DNA of 64,000 nucleotides from an uncultured Candidatus Peribacteria bacterium (lineage in GTDB: Bacteria > Patescibacteriota > Gracilibacteria > UBA4473): NCBI GenBank assembly GCA_964526665.1, contig CAZGJL010000001.1, positions 61,298 through 125,297 of the forward strand, in the 5' to 3' direction. Below the pieces are notes generated by a model. That model was not told the origin of the DNA. It saw nothing but the letters and a program-made list of their open reading frames with translations, and did no database searches. Within the stretch, counting starts at the first letter, position 1, and the number at the start of each line of letters is the position of its first letter. The translations under genes and the position numbers were made by a program. This document shows positions 1-10,400 of this stretch, piece after piece.

Positions 1-1
1 A

Positions 2-748
2 GAAGCAATGCGTGAAATTTCAGGACGTCTTGAAGAGATGCCGGGTGAGGAAGGATATCCTGCTTACTTGGGGTCAAAAACAGCTCAGTTCTATGAGCGA
101 GCCGGAGCAGTTGATTGTATCGGTTCAGATGATCGACAAGGAGCATTAACTGTTATTGGGGCGGTATCACCTCCAGGAGGAGACCTCTCAGAACCAGTAT
201 CACAAAACACATTGCGTGTTACGAAAGCGTACTGGGGACTTGATGCACAATTGGCATACCAACGTCACTTCCCAGCCATTAACTGGTTGAAATCATACTC
301 ACTCTATCTTCCAAACTTGGATAAATACATGCGAGACAATGTTGCAGATGACTACTGGGATGTTCGTGCTGACGCAATGAGTATCTTGCAAGAAGAAAGT
401 AAATTAGAGGAAATCGTGCGATTGGTAGGACCAGAAGCACTAAGTTTCCGAGAAAAACTTATTCTTTTGACGGCAAAATCTATTCGTGAGGACTTCTTGT
501 ATCAAGACTCATTTAGTTCAGAAGACGCATATACAATGCCTACGAAGCAGTATCAAATGCTAAAAACAATTATTTCATTGTACAAAGAAGGACTTGTTCT
601 TGCTGATCGTGAAGAATTTGATTTCAAGAAGATCGAAAATCACCCAATGATTCATAAGATTGCGCAGGTAAAAACCTTCTCAAATGATGAGGTAAAAGCA
701 TACGAAGATTTACGAAACGAAATTATTCAACTGTTTGCTTCGTTATAA
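2..748 (+). CDS. atpA: V/A-type ATP synthase catalytic subunit A, C-terminal part (5' end lies outside the window)
   Basis: The frame is open to the window edge ([23 protein letters not shown]...[15 protein letters not shown]...RHFPAINWL), the hallmark sequence of V/A-type A subunits. TAA stop at 746-748 is followed by a hairpin terminator. Confidence 0.9.
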   Translation, partial: EAMREISGRLEEMPGEEGYPAYLGSKTAQFYERAGAVDCIGSDDRQGALTVIGAVSPPGGDLSEPVSQNTLRVTKAYWGLDAQLAYQRHFPAINWLKSYSLYLPNLDKYMRDNVADDYWDVRADAMSILQEESKLEEIVRLVGPEALSFREKLILLTAKSIREDFLYQDSFSSEDAYTMPTKQYQMLKTIISLYKEGLVLADREEFDFKKIENHPMIHKIAQVKTFSNDEVKAYEDLRNEIIQLFASL

Positions 749-775
749 TCATAAAAGTTAAATTAGGAAATAAAG

Positions 776-799
776 AACCCCGCTGAAGCGGGGTTTTTT
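776..799. terminator. Rho-independent terminator hairpin (CCCCGC-tgaa-GCGGGG + T6), possibly bidirectional between atpA and the convergent gene
   Basis: Perfect 6-bp GC stem followed by TTTTTT on the + strand, with an A-rich tract on the other side. It lies between two convergent stop codons. Confidence 0.75.
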
Positions 800-1445
800 A
801 GAGATTTTCTAAAAGTTCCTCATTTTCCCTCTCTTCATTTTTTCTTTGGTTTTCCTCAATTCTTTTATTTCTCGCCTGAGCTTCTTTACTTTTTTTGTCT
901 ATAAATTCATCTGCTTGTGATGAAAACTCATCCGCCATAGCTTCTATTCGTTGTAACATAATGGAAATAGTCTCATCTTCCTCCTTCATATTTATCGATT
1001 TATTGCCCGGTAAAAAAACCCGATCCCCAAGCTCAAGAACCGTGCGTTCCCCATCTTTAATAATATCTAGGCGTTTTCCCTTCCCTCCACTTGCATGTCC
1101 CTCTTTAAAATTATGTAAAGAGAATCCCATATCCTTACCTTCTCTGTCTTCAAATCTAAAGAGAGCAGCGATATTTACCAATTTTCCTTTTTCTGAATCA
1201 AATCTACTTGTAACTCCCCCCGACCCCATTTCATTTTTTATTCGCCCAAGTAGCGTTGATGGGCCCGATTTTAATGATTTTATTGTTTTTTCAATTTTTT
1301 CATACACTTCGTTAAACTTATTGACGTTTTTCTCTACCTGCGTTTCTAGTGATTCTGGAACAACTTCAGTTTGATCATTATGAACCTCGTTCCAAACAAA
1401 TCTTTTTTGTGGGAATGCCGTAGCCGATTTAAATAAATTTTTCAT
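798..1445 (-). CDS. hypothetical protein (215 aa, charged C-terminal coiled-coil-like tail)
   Basis: Long ORF with ATG start. The opposite-strand ORF 895..1374 is low-complexity shadow. No recognisable motif. Confidence 0.55.
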   Translation of the reverse strand: MKNLFKSATAFPQKRFVWNEVHNDQTEVVPESLETQVEKNVNKFNEVYEKIEKTIKSLKSGPSTLLGRIKNEMGSGGVTSRFDSEKGKLVNIAALFRFEDREGKDMGFSLHNFKEGHASGGKGKRLDIIKDGERTVLELGDRVFLPGNKSINMKEEDETISIMLQRIEAMADEFSSQADEFIDKKSKEAQARNKRIEENQRKNEERENEELLENL

Positions 1446-1611
1446 TTTTGTTTGGTGTTATTTTATAAAAAAATATATTGCATTATACCAAATAAATAAA
1501 TAAATAACAAGTAATATTCGTCATCAAAGGATTTTTCAATGGTCCTTTCCCAAGGACGCGTCCAAATGACATATGAACAAAGTTTTCCTCACTTGAGAAA
1601 GAAGTCCTTCG

Positions 1612-1633
1612 TCCCGCCTCAGCGGGGTTTTTT
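1612..1633 (+). terminator. Rho-independent terminator on + strand (CCCGC-ctca-GCGGG + T-run)
   Basis: GC hairpin followed by TTTTTT. No annotated + strand gene precedes it (see findings). Confidence 0.55.
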
Positions 1634-1638
1634 GTATT

Positions 1639-1673
1639 AAAAAAATCCCCTGCGTATCCGTAGATCGCAGGGG
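1639..1673 (-). terminator. Rho-independent terminator for the minus-strand gene ending at 1697
   Basis: CCCCTGCG-11nt-CGCAGGGG stem preceded on the + strand by A7, which is a U-run on the minus transcript. Confidence 0.7.
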
Positions 1674-1696
1674 ATGAGTGTGTTGTGTTTTTTAGA

Positions 1697-2275
1697 TTAA
1701 TGAATGCCTCCACAACGACCATTGTCCGAATTATTGTATAGGGTACATGTAAGAGTCTTTTTCGTTTTGTCTTCGTACGGAAGCATTGCTTTTAGCTTTC
1801 GCTCAATTGCATAGAAAAAATCAGAATCCTTTGTTTGAATGGTTTTATTTATTTCTATGCCAATTAGCTCTGCAAATTCTGAATAGCGAACGCTTGGAAG
1901 TTTCCACATAAAATTCGACATAAACCGGTCCAATCGATGATTTTTTACAGTAAGGTGATGGTAACCTGACAATCCCCATCCACCAGTACTATGCGGATAA
2001 ATTTGCTTCAAAAGGCGGTTGTCCTCCTCATTTGGAACACCTCCGTTTTTCATCTTTTGTCCTGATTTAGAAGAAAGAAATCGAAGAATTATTCCCGAAA
2101 ACGCAAGTGCCGATCTTTTAAAATTTTCTTCATCGAATTTCAGAAAGGGCTTCACGGTTTCCACAAGAGCTTTTTGTTCTATTAGGCGTTTGAGCCATTT
2201 TAATTCGTCCTCAACGTTTGCTAAGGCTTTCATTGGATCGGGATTTGTCCGATCTTTGTAAACTTGTTGTTTCAT
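1697..2275 (-). CDS. hypothetical protein (192 aa)
   Basis: ORF with ATG start followed by a terminator. No recognisable family motif. C-terminus is ...GRCGGIH. Confidence 0.55.
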   Translation of the reverse strand: MKQQVYKDRTNPDPMKALANVEDELKWLKRLIEQKALVETVKPFLKFDEENFKRSALAFSGIILRFLSSKSGQKMKNGGVPNEEDNRLLKQIYPHSTGGWGLSGYHHLTVKNHRLDRFMSNFMWKLPSVRYSEFAELIGIEINKTIQTKDSDFFYAIERKLKAMLPYEDKTKKTLTCTLYNNSDNGRCGGIH

Positions 2276-2338
2276 TTCTTTATTTTTTTAAAAGTTTAAC
2301 AATAATTAATTTCCAAGCTCCTACATTGAGCCACCAAG

Positions 2339-2581
2339 TTAATGAGTGGTTCCTCCTGAGCATGGTGCAGGAGTAAAATTTTCTCGAAATCCAATTTCTG
2401 CAAAAAATATTACCTTGAGAAATTGTCCAGCTTCCATCAAGCGCTCAATTGCTTCCGTTGAAAAATCTTCTATTTTAAATTCCGACGTCCGTGGTATTTT
2501 TTCAAAAGAGATTCTCTTAGAAGGGTTCGTAAGAATGATTTTCATACTTTCTTCAAAACATTTTTTTTGTTCTTCTGTCAT
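2339..2581 (-). CDS. hypothetical protein (80 aa)
   Basis: ORF immediately upstream of, and co-directional with, 1697..2275. C-terminus is ...APCSGGTTH. Confidence 0.4.
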   Translation of the reverse strand: MTEEQKKCFEESMKIILTNPSKRISFEKIPRTSEFKIEDFSTEAIERLMEAGQFLKVIFFAEIGFRENFTPAPCSGGTTH

Positions 2582-2734
2582 GATTTTTATTTTTAAAAAT
2601 TATACGACGGGACTATTCCCGGCCGCAGGCTCTCCTCTGTATCAAAAAGAAGAAACCACGACCTGGAATATTTTTTCGATATGTAAAAGAACACAACACT
2701 TAAAAAGTCTTTCAAGTATCTAAATATAGATCTC

Positions 2735-2761
2735 AAAAAACAAAAAACCGGCTTCGCCGGT
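2735..2761 (-). terminator. Rho-independent terminator for the TrpR-like gene
   Basis: ACCGGC-ttc-GCCGGT hairpin preceded by a long A-run on the + strand, which is a U-run on the minus transcript. Confidence 0.7.
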
Positions 2762-2790
2762 CAGACCTATTCATGAACTTTTGTAGAAAT

Positions 2791-3105
2791 TTATGTGTCA
2801 GATCCCACCGGCGAAACCGTATGAGAATGATGATGCAATCGATCAAGAACGAGCTGATATCCACCAAACTTTCCTTTGAGGAACTTAGAAACGCGGGCAA
2901 TCGTCGTCGAACTCATTCCTGTTTGTTTTTCAATTTTTACATATGAGTTCTTGGCAACCAAAAGCTGCGCCACTTCCCATCGTCGGGAAAATTCTCGAAT
3001 TTCTTCCTCCGTCAAAAGGTCCCGCAAAAACCGCCACGCCTCATCCTCATTTCGAAGGACAAGAAACGCCTGAAGCAGTTCGCGAACGTTTGAAGTATTT
3101 TTCAT
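2791..3105 (-). CDS. YerC/YecD-family TrpR-related DNA-binding protein
   Basis: About 100 aa with ...LLTEEEIREFSRRWEVAQLL...SYVKIEKQTGMSSTTIARVSKFL..., the typical TrpR/YerC helix-turn-helix layout. Confidence 0.75.
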   Translation of the reverse strand: MKNTSNVRELLQAFLVLRNEDEAWRFLRDLLTEEEIREFSRRWEVAQLLVAKNSYVKIEKQTGMSSTTIARVSKFLKGKFGGYQLVLDRLHHHSHTVSPVGSDT

Positions 3106-3207
3106 TTACACGAGCACTTTATTCAAGTAAAGTGTTTTTGTCAAACTTTTTTCGAGACCGGTCTCTCTTTTTTGAACACAAACCATAACTCTGCTAAAAT
3201 CCTCACG

Positions 3208-4506
3208 ATGGCAAAACTCAACACATCGACACCGAGCGGATTTCTTGAATTTTCTCCTGCGGAGCAGCGAGTTGTTCAGCACTGGAAAAAAACTATCGCA
3301 GAGATATTCGAAGCAAATGGATTTCCCATGCTTGAGACGCCTCTAGTGGAACGTTCTGAGAACTTTGAGGCCAAGGGAGGGAATCCCAAAGAAATCTACG
3401 TCTTGGACCGTCTACGACGCGAGGAGGCAGTTGATCAGGACAAAGATATTCGCGCTGTTCGTTTTGACCACACCGTCCCGTTGGCATTATACGTGGCACG
3501 ACATTTCAACGAGCTGGCGTTTCCATTCCGACGAAGCGTAATTGGTCCGGTGATGCGTGGAGAACGCGCACAAAAAGGACGATTCCGACAATTCGATCAA
3601 TGTGATATTGATGTGATTGGAAGTGAAAAATTAAGCTTGGCAAATGATGCACAGATGGTCGCGATCATCGCTCAGATTTTTGAGAAATTGATGCCTGAGC
3701 AAAAGTTTGTGATCCGCATTAATAATCGAAAGATTCTCACGGGATTTTTTGCTGCATTTAATGCCAATCCTGCTGAATTCAAAAAACTGCTCGACTTTCT
3801 CGATAACCTTGAAAAAAATCCGAACGCAAAACTTGCCGGACATCCCATTGAATTCCAAGAACGCATTTTGGAGTTTGTAGAAACGACGGGGACCGCTGAT
3901 GAAATTTTGGAGAAATTAAAAGATTTTTCCGATCATCCCGAGTTTGTCGAAGGAGCTGAAGAACTCGCGGAAGTGGTGAAAATATTGCGCGCCATGAAAG
4001 TTCCCGAAGATCAGTGGCAAATAGATTTACGCATTGCGCGAGGACTCGATTACTACACCGGAACGGTGTATGAAACCAATTTGGTTGGCTATGAAGGCCT
4101 TGGATCGGTTTGTAGTGGAGGACGATATGATGATTTGGCGAAAGTTTTCATGGGCAAAGATCTCCCTGGCGTGGGAATTTCTATTGGACTTACTCGCCTG
4201 CTATGGCAACTCTTTCAGGATGAAAACATTAAAAAGAGTCTCACTGACGCCGCCCTAAAAAAGAATCCCCATATTATAATCCTTTCTCGTGACAATTTAC
4301 TACTTGCAAGTAGCTTGCAACTCGGAGAAGAACTCCGATCAAAAGGCTTTTCTGTGGAAGTGTACATGGAAGATAAAAAAATTCAGAAGCAAATTGATTT
4401 CGCAAAGAAAATGGCAATTCCCTGTCGGGTAATCGTCGGAGAAAATGACACAATTGTAGAATGTGAAGACTTGGAACTAAAAGCACGAATTGAAAACTTG
4501 GTCTAA
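3208..4506 (+). CDS. hisS: histidyl-tRNA synthetase (class II)
   Basis: Class II HisRS motifs are present (GFLEFSPAE, RQFDQCDIDVIG, GGRYDDL, GISIGLTRL) with a C-terminal anticodon-binding domain. ATG at 3208 is preferred over the TTG at 3172. Confidence 0.9.
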   Translation: MAKLNTSTPSGFLEFSPAEQRVVQHWKKTIAEIFEANGFPMLETPLVERSENFEAKGGNPKEIYVLDRLRREEAVDQDKDIRAVRFDHTVPLALYVARHFNELAFPFRRSVIGPVMRGERAQKGRFRQFDQCDIDVIGSEKLSLANDAQMVAIIAQIFEKLMPEQKFVIRINNRKILTGFFAAFNANPAEFKKLLDFLDNLEKNPNAKLAGHPIEFQERILEFVETTGTADEILEKLKDFSDHPEFVEGAEELAEVVKILRAMKVPEDQWQIDLRIARGLDYYTGTVYETNLVGYEGLGSVCSGGRYDDLAKVFMGKDLPGVGISIGLTRLLWQLFQDENIKKSLTDAALKKNPHIIILSRDNLLLASSLQLGEELRSKGFSVEVYMEDKKIQKQIDFAKKMAIPCRVIVGENDTIVECEDLELKARIENLV

Positions 4507-4557
4507 ATAAAAAAGACCCACTTTGCGGTGAGCCTTCCTAGATTTTTTTAATGCTGT

Positions 4558-4896
4558 TTAATGAAAAAATAAAACACCATGATATATCCCTTCTGGACCA
4601 ATTCCATAACTAACCACGCAACGAATATACTTTTCTGAGAGTGTTATCTCGATTTTCCGGATTTGGATGCTTTCGGGAACAAATCCCAGCATTGCAGCCC
4701 GAAGGGAAATTGGCATCTTGAAATATGGAGTTTGAAGACCAAAGGGAACTATTTCCCCGCTTCTTTCTCCCACGATCAAGCTTTTAAAGAGTGGATGATC
4801 TTTTATTATTATCTCAATATTCCCACCCTTAAGTGAATCTTGTTCGGTAAAAGTTGCCGTTCCTTTGCCATTGATACATGTAACTAATTTTTTCAT
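4558..4896 (-). CDS. hypothetical protein (112 aa)
   Basis: Isolated ORF with ATG start. No recognisable motif. Confidence 0.45.
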   Translation of the reverse strand: MKKLVTCINGKGTATFTEQDSLKGGNIEIIIKDHPLFKSLIVGERSGEIVPFGLQTPYFKMPISLRAAMLGFVPESIQIRKIEITLSEKYIRCVVSYGIGPEGIYHGVLFFH

Positions 4897-5154
4897 GATT
4901 TAGATATTTTATAATTTATAAAGATTGATAACTCATCCTTGCCTATTTTTCTAAACAAAAAAGAGTCATCAATTTCTGTAACAGCATTTCAAAGATCCTG
5001 CTTCATATACATTTTGGATAAAAGTACAAGAAGACGAATGCTTAATAAGCCTTGTGGAGTATTTTGTCAATAACGACTCATCGCAAGGAAAAATTGTTCA
5101 ATTCCAGCGCGATAACTTAAAATTGCCGGCGACAGATAAAACTCCTCGCTTGAA

Positions 5155-5694
5155 ATGAGAGATTTCCCCCCTATAACCAAAATCCTGCTCGCTATAAATG
5201 TGATTATTTTTATAGCAAACCAAGTAGGAGCGCTTCCTTATACCGTTTCCTATCCGGGGATATACTCCATTGGAACTTTCCTTTCTCACTTTTCTCATGA
5301 ATCTTTGTGGCATCTGGCCTCAAATGTTATTGGAATCGTAATCGTTTCTCCGATTCTTGAAAAAAACTTAGGAATAAAGAAATATGTCGGACTCATTCTC
5401 TTCCTGTGGATGGCCCAAGTGGGGATTTTACCACATGTTTTGAACGCCCCAACTCTTGGGTTTTCCGGCATATTGATGGGGCTTTTTACGTATTTAGCGA
5501 TGTATTTGTGGTGGCTTGGAAAAGGAAATCCTTTGCAACGGCTTGGTCGAGACCTTTTGATTCTTGTGGGAATAAATATAGCCTTGCCGCTCATGGTGCC
5601 ACAGATATCCTTTATTGGACATGCTGTCGGAGCACTTCTGGGGCTCTTCGCCATTTCCGTTTCCGAGATTCTTCAACGTGCGAGGAAAAACTGA
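5155..5694 (+). CDS. rhomboid-family intramembrane serine protease
   Basis: Multi-TM protein with a GFSGILMG (GxSG) motif and a later GHAVGALLG His-containing helix. Confidence 0.8.
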   Translation: MRDFPPITKILLAINVIIFIANQVGALPYTVSYPGIYSIGTFLSHFSHESLWHLASNVIGIVIVSPILEKNLGIKKYVGLILFLWMAQVGILPHVLNAPTLGFSGILMGLFTYLAMYLWWLGKGNPLQRLGRDLLILVGINIALPLMVPQISFIGHAVGALLGLFAISVSEILQRARKN

Positions 5695-5795
5695 AACAAA
5701 TACCGCTCCTTTGGCGTATTAAAGCAGGAGTTTCCCTTGTTTTTTTTTGACAAAAATGATAAAATAATCAGAATTCTAAAAATTTATTATCAACG

Positions 5796-7442
5796 ATGAA
5801 ATCATTGCTACAACGTCTCAACCCAAAAAAGGTCGCCATAATCATTGGTGCGATCCTATTATTGCTCGTTCTCAACCGAATTTTGAGTAATCGAAACACA
5901 GAAGAGGTAAAACTCCCTGAGGAAAAAGTAAAACCAGTAACCATTATAGAATTTGGACATTGGTCTCCTGATGAACAACGGGAAATCACCGGAACTATTC
6001 TTTCTGGAACGGATATCGATGTCCGCGCAGAAGTGTCTGGAACGATTGAAAAAACATTTGCAACAATCGGAGATGCCGTGAAAGAGGGACAAATCCTTGC
6101 AACCTTTCAACGCAAGAACGATGCAACTCAAATCTCCTATGAGAACCTATTGCAACAATTGTCTGTGGCAAAAATTCAAGCTCAATCTTCTGTTCTTTCA
6201 GCTGAAATAGCGCTTGATACCACGCAGCAGAAACTTGAGCAAACAAGAATAAATGAATCACAGAACTATTCTCGAACATTTGATTTATTGAAAACACAGA
6301 CACGAAATGCTGAAAGTGTATTTCGAAGCATTGTTGATTGGGCGGATACCCTTCTCCTCGTATCAACTTCGGCAAGAGCAAATGTTAATTATGTTTCACA
6401 GCAAATCGGGAAAAACAACGCTATTATGCGACAAAAAAGCAAGAACCAGATTGAAGAAATTTTACGTGAACGAGACAGAATTGACCAAGAAAAATTGCCC
6501 AAAACAATGTCTGATGATGAGGTTTTAAATCTTGCGAAAAACCGATTACAGCTTTTACAACAGGCACAAAGCATCACATACTCGCTTCTTTCTCTTATTC
6601 AGGGAACGCCTATTACAAGATCTTTTTCTGCGACAAACAAGGCCTCATATGCAAGTGAAGCAAATGGTTCCGTTACTGCTATCGATACAATATCGCTTTC
6701 TCTCGAAACCCAAATTGAAGCAGCGAAATCTGAACAAGGACGAAATCGTCTCTCTGTTTTGGGTTCAGAAACCGCCGTACAAAATGCCGAATCCTCTTTG
6801 AATCTCACCCAAGCACAAGCTCAGTCACAAGTAACTCAGCTTGAGACGCAGCTCCGTCTCGCTCGAAATTCACAAAGCGATCTTACTATTCGTGCCCCAT
6901 TTAGTGGAGCTATTACCGGAAAAACTATTCTTCCTTTTGATCAAGTTCGATCAGGAGATTCTTTGTTCTCAATTGTTGGGGAAAAAGTAGATCCAAAAAT
7001 AACAGCAACTATTACGCGAGATGAACTCATGCGATTACAGAATACTCCTGATGGAGTAGATGCTGTATTTGAAGACGGAACTATTGTCACTCTTTCTGAA
7101 TCAGAAATAAGTGGAAAATTAGACTCTATTACACAAAAATTAAATGTCGACTTTCCGCTTAAGGAATTGCCAGAATCAAGTCTTGTCGGATCATTTGTTC
7201 GTATCCGCCTCCCCATTAACGGAGCGACGAACAACCTCCTTCCTATCTCTGCTGTATCATTTGAACCAGGTGGTGCAGAAGTATTACTCTTGAAGGATGG
7301 TGTAGGGAAAAGAACGAAAGTTGAAGCGGGGAAACTCGTTTCAAATGCAATAGAAATATGGGGCGGTCTTGAAGACGGCGACCAAGTAGTTCGATATCGT
7401 AGTCGAGCACATGCAGGAGAAAAAATTGAACTTCGCAAATAA
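5796..7442 (+). CDS. efflux RND periplasmic adaptor (HlyD/MFP family)
   Basis: N-terminal TM anchor, a long coiled-coil region, and beta-barrel motifs (IRAPFSGAITGK). Its stop overlaps the RND pump start (TAATG). Confidence 0.8.
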   Translation: MKSLLQRLNPKKVAIIIGAILLLLVLNRILSNRNTEEVKLPEEKVKPVTIIEFGHWSPDEQREITGTILSGTDIDVRAEVSGTIEKTFATIGDAVKEGQILATFQRKNDATQISYENLLQQLSVAKIQAQSSVLSAEIALDTTQQKLEQTRINESQNYSRTFDLLKTQTRNAESVFRSIVDWADTLLLVSTSARANVNYVSQQIGKNNAIMRQKSKNQIEEILRERDRIDQEKLPKTMSDDEVLNLAKNRLQLLQQAQSITYSLLSLIQGTPITRSFSATNKASYASEANGSVTAIDTISLSLETQIEAAKSEQGRNRLSVLGSETAVQNAESSLNLTQAQAQSQVTQLETQLRLARNSQSDLTIRAPFSGAITGKTILPFDQVRSGDSLFSIVGEKVDPKITATITRDELMRLQNTPDGVDAVFEDGTIVTLSESEISGKLDSITQKLNVDFPLKELPESSLVGSFVRIRLPINGATNNLLPISAVSFEPGGAEVLLLKDGVGKRTKVEAGKLVSNAIEIWGGLEDGDQVVRYRSRAHAGEKIELRK

Positions 7443-10400
7443 TGAGTGGATCTCTTTCTGATTTTTGGACCTTCTTTATTACTCGTTTTCGAGTAACACT
7501 TTTGGTTATTATCTTTGTTCTTACTGCGGGGTTTTATTCTTACAGTACGATTTCACGAGAAACAGAACCAACAGTAGACATTCCTATGGCAACGGTGACA
7601 ACCATTTGGCCGGGCGCCTCGGCAATGGATGTGGAAAAACTCGTCACCAATAAGCTCGAAACGGAAATCAAGAGTCTCGATAACGTGAAAGAATATACTT
7701 CTTCTTCTTTGTCTGGGGTTTCTCTTATTACCGTGGAATTTGAGGTAGATAGTGATAAGCAGGTGAATATTCAGAAACTGCGGGACAAAATTGATGATGC
7801 AACAAGAAAACTTCCGGGGACTCTCCCCGATAACCCAACCGTATCAGAGGTTTCCCTCTCAGATGTGGCCGTTGTAAATATTGCACTCTCTGGAGATTTC
7901 TCATGGTCAGAGCTCAAAAGATTTGCCGAAATTCTAGAAGATGAATTCTCCGGAATGGCAAACGTAAAAGATGTGATTCTCTCTGGAGTACCAGAAGATG
8001 AAATACATATTTCTGTGGATCCTAATAAATTGAATACACTTAATCTCAGTGTGTCAGAGGTGCTACAGGCGGTCCGTGGCGGGCACATAGATATGCCGCT
8101 AGGAATGATGGAAATCGATGGACAAGCTGTTGAGATTACAGCAAGAGCGGAATATGAAAATGCGCAAGATATTGCCAATGTTCCCATAACAGTAAAAAAT
8201 GGAACCACTCTCACTGTAGGAGACATCGGAGAGGTTCGTCGAGAATTTGAAAAATTTGAAATTGAAACATATCTCCAAAATGAAGGCGGCGTAGAACCGG
8301 CCGTAAAGATCGAGGTAACCAAGTCTGCTGAGTCAGGAAATGTCTTGGTCATGGTAGAAAACATGCTCAATCGAATGGAAGAGCTCAAGGTTCAAGAGGT
8401 GCTCCCTCGTTCTCTTAATACGTCTGTAACATATAACCGCGCCAATGAAATCCGAGATAGCTTGGATACGTTATTAAGAAGTGGAGGACAGACCGTTCTG
8501 CTTATTATGTTGGTTATGTTTATTTTTGTGGGATGGAGAGAATCTCTTCTCGCTTCGATTGTAATTCCTATGTCGATGCTCTCTGCCGTAATGGTGATGC
8601 AGATTACAGGAAGTACGTTTAATGGAATATCCCTCTTTGCTCTTGTGCTCGGACTCGGACTTCTAGTGGATAATGCCATCGTGATTGTAGAAGGAATGTC
8701 TGAGGCGATTAATGAACGAAATATGACACCCGAGGAAGCAGCAGAACATACTCTTAAAGTCTTTCGTTGGCCGCTCATCGCGGGAACGGCAACAACCGTA
8801 TGTGCCTTCTTGCCAATGACATTTTTTATTTCTGGGATTATGGGAGATTACGTTTCCGTGATTCCCAATACCGTAAATGCCATTTTGATTTCTGCATTAT
8901 TTGTGGCGCTATGGCTCCTGCCTTCTGTGGGGGTGCAGTTCATGAAGGCGTTTCCACCCAAAAAACATAATAAACGACGAGGAATTCATAAGGTTCAAGA
9001 TTGGTATGTGCGAAGCATGAAAAAGGTATTAGCAAAAAACCGCTATATCTTTGGAACTCTTGGTGCTGCTTTTTTGGCCCTGTTTTTCTCTCTTGGGTTA
9101 GTAATATCAAATCAGGTTCCAGTGGAAGTTTTTCCTTCCTCTGACATGCCTTTCTTCACCGCTGATTTTGAGTTTCCAACGGGAACAGATATTAGCGAAA
9201 CACGAGAACTTATTGAACCTATTTCAGAAAAATTACGACCTTTCTTGGGAATGCAATCAGATGGGGAAGTATGGATAAAAAGTTTCGTATTTACCGCTGG
9301 TAAATCTCAAGCATGGGGGCATCACCGAGGCTCTAGTCTGTCTGAAGGCCATGTTCTCGGACTCGGGGTATATCTAACCGATGTGAATGACCGAAACATA
9401 AAATCATACGATATTTTACCAGTGATTCGTAATGCTGTTTTACCAGCAATTCCTGAACACGTAGAAGCCAACTTTGCCGAGCTTCAGGCTGGACCTCCGA
9501 CAGGAGATGCTGCTATGTCTGTTCGCCTTGTGGGACCAGATTATGATCATCTTGAGGCACTCTCTCAAGACCTTCAGGATGAGATTGAAAAAATTGATGG
9601 GCCTCTAAATGTACGCGATGATAGTGCCGAAAGAACCTTCCAGGTTGCTTGGACATTTAATCGGGATGTATTAGCACGATTTGGTTTATCGCCTTCTACG
9701 GTGATGGAAACACTCCGAACAGGTGTGAATGGGACTACTGCCGTAAAAATCACTGAGGGGGACGAGGAGGTGGATGTGGTGGCACGTATAAACTGGGACG
9801 GAGACAGGAGGTGGGACAATCCCGATTCTCTGGATGTACTGAACCAAATTGTAATCAAAACTCCCTCTGGAAATTTTGTCTCACTTGAGCAAATTGCCAC
9901 TCCAGAATTGTCGTCTGAAGTATCTCTCCTGCGTCACAAAGACGGACTCCGAACACTTACCGTATTGGCTGATATGAAAGAGGGAATGCCCGTGTCAATA
10001 ATTCAAGCAAATCTTGATAATGCTATTAAACAACTTGATCGCCTCCCTGGAGAAATAATTGAAATGGGAGGAGACAGCGAAGAAGGAGATCGTCTCATGG
10101 GAGAAATGAGTATTGCGATGTCTGTCGCGGTTCTGTTGATTCTTGTAGTTCTCGTAACACAGTTCAATTCGTACTGGCAATCGTTTACCACACTAATAAT
10201 TGTTCCTCTCTCTCTTACGGGAGTATTTATAGGATTCTGGCTCCATGGATTAACTATTTCGTTTCCAACGATGATTGGTATTGTTTCTCTTGCGGGAATT
10301 ATCGTGAATGATGCCATTGTGCTCATTGATCATATAAACCAAAACCTTCGCAAGCACAAATTGCCATGGCGTGAGGCGTATATTGCGGCAGGGAAAAGTC

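Noticed and set aside
1483-1722. 79-aa minus-strand ORF between two orphan genes.
   Set aside because: It spans both terminator hairpins (1612..1633 and 1639..1673) and overlaps the 3' end of gene 1697..2275. It is not a plausible gene.
7771-8388. Long antisense ORFs inside conserved genes. Examples: 895..1374, 6941..7438, 7771..8388, 8392..8778, 12958..13428, 19295..19816, 24483..24908, 28357..28821.
   Set aside because: They lie opposite strongly supported genes and translate to low-complexity Ser/Pro/Thr/Arg-rich sequences with no motifs. These are typical shadow ORFs.
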